Shown: positions 58,846-64,000 of the stretch, in pieces
How the letters are laid out: every line of letters starts with the position of its first letter
Numbering within the stretch: position 1 is the first letter of the stretch
Source of the DNA: Patescibacteria group bacterium
GTDB taxonomy: Bacteria; Patescibacteriota; Patescibacteriia; UM-FILTER-42-10
Direction: 5' to 3'
DNA length: 64,000 nt
NCBI GenBank assembly: GCA_041666845.1
Contig: JBAYGC010000002.1
Coordinates: 12,499 to 76,498 of the forward strand
Translations under genes and position numbers: made by a program
The notes under the pieces: model-generated
What the model was told of the DNA's origin: nothing
The model's input: only the letters and a program-made list of their open reading frames with translations
Databases searched by the model: none

Positions 58846-58945
58846 AAAAAACCGGCTTTAAAACCGGTTATAATTAATGCTAGTTCATTGATCCAAAGCA
58901 CCCTCCACGGAAGGACTTTCTGCTTTTTCACTCCCCAGCACTCAA
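58846..58945 (-). promoter_or_regulatory. Candidate yybP-ykoY-like riboswitch leader plus terminator
   Basis: GTGCTGG-GGAGTGA...CTAGCAT closing stem, inner stems, ACCGGTTT..AAAGCCGGT-T5 terminator, upstream of terC. Confidence 0.5.
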
Positions 58946-59007
58946 GGTATTGTAATAATACCAAATATATTCTGAAAATACAAGCCAAATCAAAACTTCC
59001 AAAACAC

Positions 59008-59643
59008 CTATTTTTTCTTATTTGTTTTTGGCTTTACTTTAACCGCCTTAACGACCTTCTTTTTTATTTCCGCTTTTACTGTTATTTTTTTCTTCACTTC
59101 CGGCTTGGTAACGGTTTTCACTTTTTCCTGTGCAACTTTCGGTTCTGTTGCTGATAACTGTCTTAATATTTTATCCAGTTTTTCATTAATCGTTTTCAAC
59201 TGACCGTCAAATCTTCCGCTGTTCACATCACTTGGTTTTCGATCAGTGCTTCTCGGATCCTTGCCAAAACAGCTGGAACATAGCACTGGCTTATCACCCG
59301 TTGGCCGGAATGGCACTTCACAGCTCTGTCCGCACTTGGAGCAAGTAGCGCTGAACATTTTCTTCTCATAAAAATTCGGTTTACTAAAATCTCTGCCAAA
59401 AGAACGATTAGAACTTGATTTATCCTTTCCTTTGAAGCAATTACTGCAGTAAACAGGTTTATTTCCTGTCGGTTTAAACGGGACCTCGCAACTCTGACCG
59501 CATTCCGAGCAGACCGCTTTATGCATTACATGATGATCCGAGTCGCCTCCCCGATTATACCCACCGCTCATTGATTCCCTGCGGTCAAAACTGGGTCCGT
59601 TTTTTCGGTCAAATGACTTGCCACTTCTGTTAAAATTTTTCAT
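59008..59643 (-). CDS. CxxC-x17-CxxC domain protein (two repeats)
   Basis: Two C..CG..CEVPF.P...KPV.C..CF motifs, Lys-rich tail. Confidence 0.9.
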   Translation of the reverse strand: MKNFNRSGKSFDRKNGPSFDRRESMSGGYNRGGDSDHHVMHKAVCSECGQSCEVPFKPTGNKPVYCSNCFKGKDKSSSNRSFGRDFSKPNFYEKKMFSATCSKCGQSCEVPFRPTGDKPVLCSSCFGKDPRSTDRKPSDVNSGRFDGQLKTINEKLDKILRQLSATEPKVAQEKVKTVTKPEVKKKITVKAEIKKKVVKAVKVKPKTNKKK

Positions 59644-59759
59644 AGGATTTTTATAATAATTAATGCTGGTTAAGTCTAGCTGTTTAAGCCGTAAATAGCA
59701 AGCTTTTCATTAACAATTTTTCATTTTTGTGCTATAATCAATATAATTACGGAATTAGC

Positions 59760-60431
59760 ATGGGTCAGAAATCAATTATCTCGATTAAGAATATCGAGAA
59801 AACATATAACCTTGGCGAAATCAAGGTCAAAGCACTAAGAAAAATCTCCTTAGACATTCAAGAAGGAGAATTTTTGATTATTACCGGCAGAAACGGATCA
59901 GGAAAGTCAACTCTACTCCGTCAGATTGGCCTCTTGGACTGGCCGAACCGCGGGCAAATATATCTGGATGGAGATGAAGTTACCCATTTGAAAGAAAAAC
60001 ATCGTAGAGAAATCCGCCATAAAAAGATCGGCTATATTTTTCAGGAATACGCACTGATTCCGGAATTAAACGCGATTGAAAACGTCATGCTGCCAGCTAT
60101 GCTGATTGAACCGACAAAAGTTTGCAGACCGAGAGCAATTGATTTACTGAAAAAAGTTGGTCTGGAAAATCGGCTTAAGCACCAGCCAAAACAGATGTCC
60201 GGTGGTGAACAGCAGAAAGTTGCGATTGCCCGGGCGCTGATCAACAATCCGAAAATCCTTTTTGCTGACGAGCCGACCGCCAATCTTGATTCTATAGCCG
60301 CCGGCGGAATTCTGGAAATATTCGAACGTTTGCACACCGAAGGTCATACGATAGTAATGATTTCTCACGAACAGGATGAAAAAAGCTACGCCAGCAGAAT
60401 CATTGAATTAAGAGACGGGGTTTTATTATGA
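59760..60431 (+). CDS. ABC ATP-binding protein
   Basis: GRNGSGKS, MSGGE, DEPTANLD. Confidence 0.95.
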   Translation: MGQKSIISIKNIEKTYNLGEIKVKALRKISLDIQEGEFLIITGRNGSGKSTLLRQIGLLDWPNRGQIYLDGDEVTHLKEKHRREIRHKKIGYIFQEYALIPELNAIENVMLPAMLIEPTKVCRPRAIDLLKKVGLENRLKHQPKQMSGGEQQKVAIARALINNPKILFADEPTANLDSIAAGGILEIFERLHTEGHTIVMISHEQDEKSYASRIIELRDGVLL

Positions 60432-61627
60432 AATACGAACTGAAAATTCCATTTTTTCTTGCATTCCGCCAGATTACCCGTGGCAGTAAGTGGACTTTCT
60501 TTCTGATTATTTTTTTAATGGCGGCGGCGTTTATCAATCTGGTCTTTGTCTCCTCGCTTTTTAAAGGAATCATTAAGGGATCAAATGAACAGGTAATTAA
60601 TATGTACTCCGGGCACATCATGATCAAACCGAACAGCGGAAAAGACGTTTTTGAAAACCGAAACAATGTAATTGAAAAAATTGGACAAATCCCAGGAGTC
60701 GAATCAGTAACCACACAGTTTGAAATTGGAGCAAATCTTGCCTTTAATGAAAAAAACGGTAATTGGATTGTTAATGCGGTTAATCCAGAACAAGAAATAA
60801 AAGTCACAAAAATTTTTGACAATATGATTGCCGGAGAATATTTAAAGTCCGACGATCAGAATGGAATCATTATCGGCAAACAGATTGCCGGCGGTGATGT
60901 TGCAGAACTGGACGCCTTCTCCCTGCATGCGGAAGTCGGTGATGTCATAAAAGCAAATATTAACGGGATCGAAAAAGAGTTCGTAGTAAGGGGGATATTC
61001 AATTCCAAATACATGACCGTAGACAATACTGCATTTATCACATATGCAGGATTGGATTCGATTTTTCCCTCGTTTGTTGATCAGGCGAATACCGCTTTAG
61101 TCCGGCTAAATGAGGCGGGTGATGAGCAAGCGGTAATTGAAGCCATAAAAGAAAGCGGGATCCACGGGACATATTACACCTGGGAGGACGCGGCCGGGAT
61201 AATGAATTCAGTAACAACCAGTTTTCTGTCAATTGATTTTATTTTAAGTTTAGTCGCCACGCTAATTGCAGCGGTTACAATATTTATTGTGGTATATATC
61301 GACATATCCAATAAGCGACAACAAATCGGCATACTGAGGGCAATTGGTGTGAAACCGTATATCATCCGTTCTGCGTATGTAATAATTTCATCTATATATT
61401 CTGTGATCGGCGTAGGACTTGGTGCTGCTTTGTTTTTCGGCGCAATCATGCCGTATTTTATCGCGCATCCTTTTGTATTGCCGATTGTTGATGCCACATT
61501 GGCAATTGAGCCTGCAGATTTTATTTTCCGCATGGAATCAATTATCATTGTATCAATTCTGGTCAGCCTAATCCCCTCTTTTATGGTAACCAGAATAAAA
61601 CTATTGAACGCTATCTGGGGTAAATAA
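60428..61627 (+). CDS. FtsX/LolE-like ABC permease
   Basis: TM1, large periplasmic domain, IGILRAIG, three further TM. Confidence 0.9.
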   Translation: MKYELKIPFFLAFRQITRGSKWTFFLIIFLMAAAFINLVFVSSLFKGIIKGSNEQVINMYSGHIMIKPNSGKDVFENRNNVIEKIGQIPGVESVTTQFEIGANLAFNEKNGNWIVNAVNPEQEIKVTKIFDNMIAGEYLKSDDQNGIIIGKQIAGGDVAELDAFSLHAEVGDVIKANINGIEKEFVVRGIFNSKYMTVDNTAFITYAGLDSIFPSFVDQANTALVRLNEAGDEQAVIEAIKESGIHGTYYTWEDAAGIMNSVTTSFLSIDFILSLVATLIAAVTIFIVVYIDISNKRQQIGILRAIGVKPYIIRSAYVIISSIYSVIGVGLGAALFFGAIMPYFIAHPFVLPIVDATLAIEPADFIFRMESIIIVSILVSLIPSFMVTRIKLLNAIWGK

Positions 61628-61658
61628 TTAATGTTACTAGAAGGGATATCTAATAATC

Positions 61659-62048
61659 ATGGAAGAACCTAAAGTAAGCCCAAAACCATTAAGGCTTTTT
61701 TACTTTTGGTCTGGCATTATCGCTACATTCGCCTACCGTGCAATAATCGTTTTGAATAATGCTATATGGATAAAAGTATTTTGGTATGTCGGCACCATTG
61801 GATTCATCATCTATTTTATTCACCGGTTCGATATTTCAAAAAAACGTTCCAAGCTGATTGTCGAACATAAATTACGGGAAAAAATGGACAGTCTGGACCA
61901 TCTGACTGATGATGATAAAAAAGCACTGCGTTATATTCTCGGCACGCTGGTTTCCTCAAAAGAGAAATGGAATAACTATGCGATCTTCATACTTTCCGGG
62001 ATCGCTTTGATTTTGGGAATTTTATTTGATTTTATTTTAAAGATATAA
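61659..62048 (+). CDS. Hypothetical membrane protein
   Basis: Three hydrophobic segments. Confidence 0.75.
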   Translation: MEEPKVSPKPLRLFYFWSGIIATFAYRAIIVLNNAIWIKVFWYVGTIGFIIYFIHRFDISKKRSKLIVEHKLREKMDSLDHLTDDDKKALRYILGTLVSSKEKWNNYAIFILSGIALILGILFDFILKI

Positions 62049-62049
62049 T

Positions 62050-62478
62050 ATGGAAATAAAACAGTTTACAGCCACTAAAGCGTTTATCCGCTATAAAAAT
62101 CAAATTCTGATTCTTCGTGAATCGGGCAAATATCAGGACGGCACCAATGAAGGATATTATGACATCCCCGGTGGAAGAGTAAAACCCGGGCAAAGATTTG
62201 ATGAAAGCTTGAGGAGGGAAATCAAAGAAGAAACCGGATTGAATATCGCAATCGGAGATCCGTTTTTTGTGAACGAATGGCGACCGGAAAAAAACGGAGA
62301 GCAATGGCAGATTGTCGGCATATTTTTTGAATGCCAAGCAGATACTGACTCGGTAATATTGAGCGAAGACCACGATAAATTTGAGTGGATTGATCCAAAG
62401 AAATACGACGAATTCAAACTTATTAATAACCTAAAACCGGCATTTGAAAGTTATAATCTGCGGCCTTCTAAAAGCTAG
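62050..62478 (+). CDS. NUDIX hydrolase
   Basis: PGGR...G......REIKEETGL, SEDH. Confidence 0.92.
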   Translation: MEIKQFTATKAFIRYKNQILILRESGKYQDGTNEGYYDIPGGRVKPGQRFDESLRREIKEETGLNIAIGDPFFVNEWRPEKNGEQWQIVGIFFECQADTDSVILSEDHDKFEWIDPKKYDEFKLINNLKPAFESYNLRPSKS

Positions 62479-62554
62479 TCGATAAGTTTTAAATATCGGG
62501 GGCAGTTTATCCGCCCCTTTTTAGTTTATCAGCAATTATTTTTGTCGGATATTT

Positions 62555-63142
62555 TTATGAATATTTCTGAATCAAAAGTCTGGCCGCCTCTTTCAAAGTT
62601 TCAATGCGGTAGAATATAAACTTATTTTGAGTAGTAATCCCCCATTCCAGAATTATTTCTTTTTGTTTGATTTTTTTCTCTGCTTGCAATATCTTTCTTC
62701 TCTCAGTAGGTGATAACAGTTGTTCTTTCCCGTTCGAACCGACCAGTTTTCCATGCTGATAGAAATAGCTGGCATCGACTTTGCCGTAACGCATTAAATC
62801 TATAATTGACCCCTTAGCTGCTTCAATTACCGTGCGGTTTTTTTCTATTAAAATTGTTCCGCTTTTTTTCCAATTCCAAGACGGGTAAATCACAAATAAC
62901 GCTTTTCCTTTATGCATCTTCTGCAGTTCATCGATTTTCGCGGGAACTTGTTTTTTTGGCAACCAATTAACATAGAGATTTTTCCAGGGAGCGCCAATTA
63001 ACCTTGCTGTCCGGACAGTCCAGCCACAATAATCTTTAATTTTAAAATACTTTTTCAGATCCTTGGATGACGAAACAAATTCCCACTCCGGATGGGGAAG
63101 GCCCGCCTTGTCAATCCTGGTTAAGCCCTGATAAATATCCAT
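62555..63142 (-). CDS. Hypothetical protein, possible ATP-grasp-like fold
   Basis: GLP.P, VR, SG, EAAKG, ILEW...F spacing. Confidence 0.5.
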   Translation of the reverse strand: MDIYQGLTRIDKAGLPHPEWEFVSSSKDLKKYFKIKDYCGWTVRTARLIGAPWKNLYVNWLPKKQVPAKIDELQKMHKGKALFVIYPSWNWKKSGTILIEKNRTVIEAAKGSIIDLMRYGKVDASYFYQHGKLVGSNGKEQLLSPTERRKILQAEKKIKQKEIILEWGITTQNKFIFYRIETLKEAARLLIQKYS

Positions 63143-63157
63143 GTACTATATATTTCT

Positions 63158-64000
63158 TTAATTGGCATATTTGAGATATCGTGCGTGATTAACCCACGCT
63201 TTTTCACTATCAAATTTTTCCTTAAAATCAGGATAAAGTTCTGTAATTCTTTTTTGTTTGCCTCCTACGTTGACCCGTGGATCAATCACACGTAGCTTTG
63301 TTTTTTCAATCAAAAAATCATAATCCGCTTGATTTTCAACCACCTTATCTGTTCTAAAATGCTTAAGTGCGGCCATTTGATCAATTATTCCTTTATCAAG
63401 ACAGTTTTCTAATTTCTCAATTACGCTGTCATCATCGGTTGCAAGATCTTCTTTTGTAATAATCTTTTTATCCATTGCCTGACGTAAGATGGCAGCAAGC
63501 CATAAGAAACAATAATGACCCCAATTGGGATGCCAGAAATTTTTACACATCCACAGGGAAAGATCGGCAAATTCCCTGGCTATTTCCTTATTAGTAAATA
63601 TAAACTGATTTTTTTCTATCACTAAACAATCAATAAATCTTTTTGCTTGCTGCGGAGAAATCTTATTGATTGTCACTGCATCTCCCAAAGTATACTGCAA
63701 ACGATCTGCGCAGATTTCTGGCAGTTCATTATCCGCTAATGGCCACAAGCTCAAATCCGAAATCCTGGCCGGATCAAATCCATAATTGATTAAAACCTGA
63801 TTAACCGCGGTGTCTGTGAAATATTGTTTATGTAAGTTATCCTGGTAATCCTCCAGCTCCAAACTACCATATAATCGATCCATTACGTGGGAAAATACCC
63901 CGTGCGATATGTCGTGCAGCAAACCGGCAATTTGTTCTTCCAAACTTGCTCCAAAATTGTTAAGTACCAAATAAACACCCAAAGAGTGTTCGAAGCGAGT
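63158..64000 (-). CDS. HD-domain phosphohydrolase, 5'-truncated by window edge
   Basis: RFEHSLGV, LLHD..H..FSH, ADRL.Y. Confidence 0.9.
   Translation of the reverse strand, partial: TRFEHSLGVYLVLNNFGASLEEQIAGLLHDISHGVFSHVMDRLYGSLELEDYQDNLHKQYFTDTAVNQVLINYGFDPARISDLSLWPLADNELPEICADRLQYTLGDAVTINKISPQQAKRFIDCLVIEKNQFIFTNKEIAREFADLSLWMCKNFWHPNWGHYCFLWLAAILRQAMDKKIITKEDLATDDDSVIEKLENCLDKGIIDQMAALKHFRTDKVVENQADYDFLIEKTKLRVIDPRVNVGGKQKRITELYPDFKEKFDSEKAWVNHARYLKYAN

Noticed and set aside
1-64000. Alternative genetic code (UGA=Gly) as in Gracilibacteria
   Set aside because: Conserved genes are full-length in code 11, and guaA ends at TGA right after its canonical IEWE terminus.

Overview
This is an AT-rich (about 35-40% GC by eye), gene-dense chromosomal segment using genetic code 11. 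It looks like Patescibacteria/CPR (Parcubacteria/ABY1-like), judged from mostly SD-less leaders, CPR-type repeat and FG-GAP surface proteins, and patchy metabolism; this is an inference. Housekeeping genes include gltX, typA, def, fmt, mutM, HU, malQ, maf, rlmN and queG. A nucleotide-scavenging locus carries guaA, ribose-1,5-bisphosphate isomerase, form III RuBisCO and AMP phosphorylase, with divergent guaB and a deaminase-like amidohydrolase; seven NUDIX domains are scattered across the window. Signals not explained by the annotation: (1) five GC-rich, self-contained expression cassettes with promoter, strong SD and terminator, several with complementary transcript ends; (2) a ~170-nt highly structured orphan RNA at 26.9-27.1 kb; (3) an AccB/BCCP homologue lacking the biotinylated lysine, resembling plant BADC proteins; (4) an AT-rich HEPN + PIN + membrane-protein triad next to gltX; (5) an integron-cassette-like gene flanked by a 28-bp inverted repeat; (6) a yybP-ykoY-like leader on terC; (7) a frameshifted GT2 gene; (8) a decayed cupredoxin; (9) REP/MITE-like repeats. 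I saw no rRNA, tRNA, CRISPR array, transposase or integrase.
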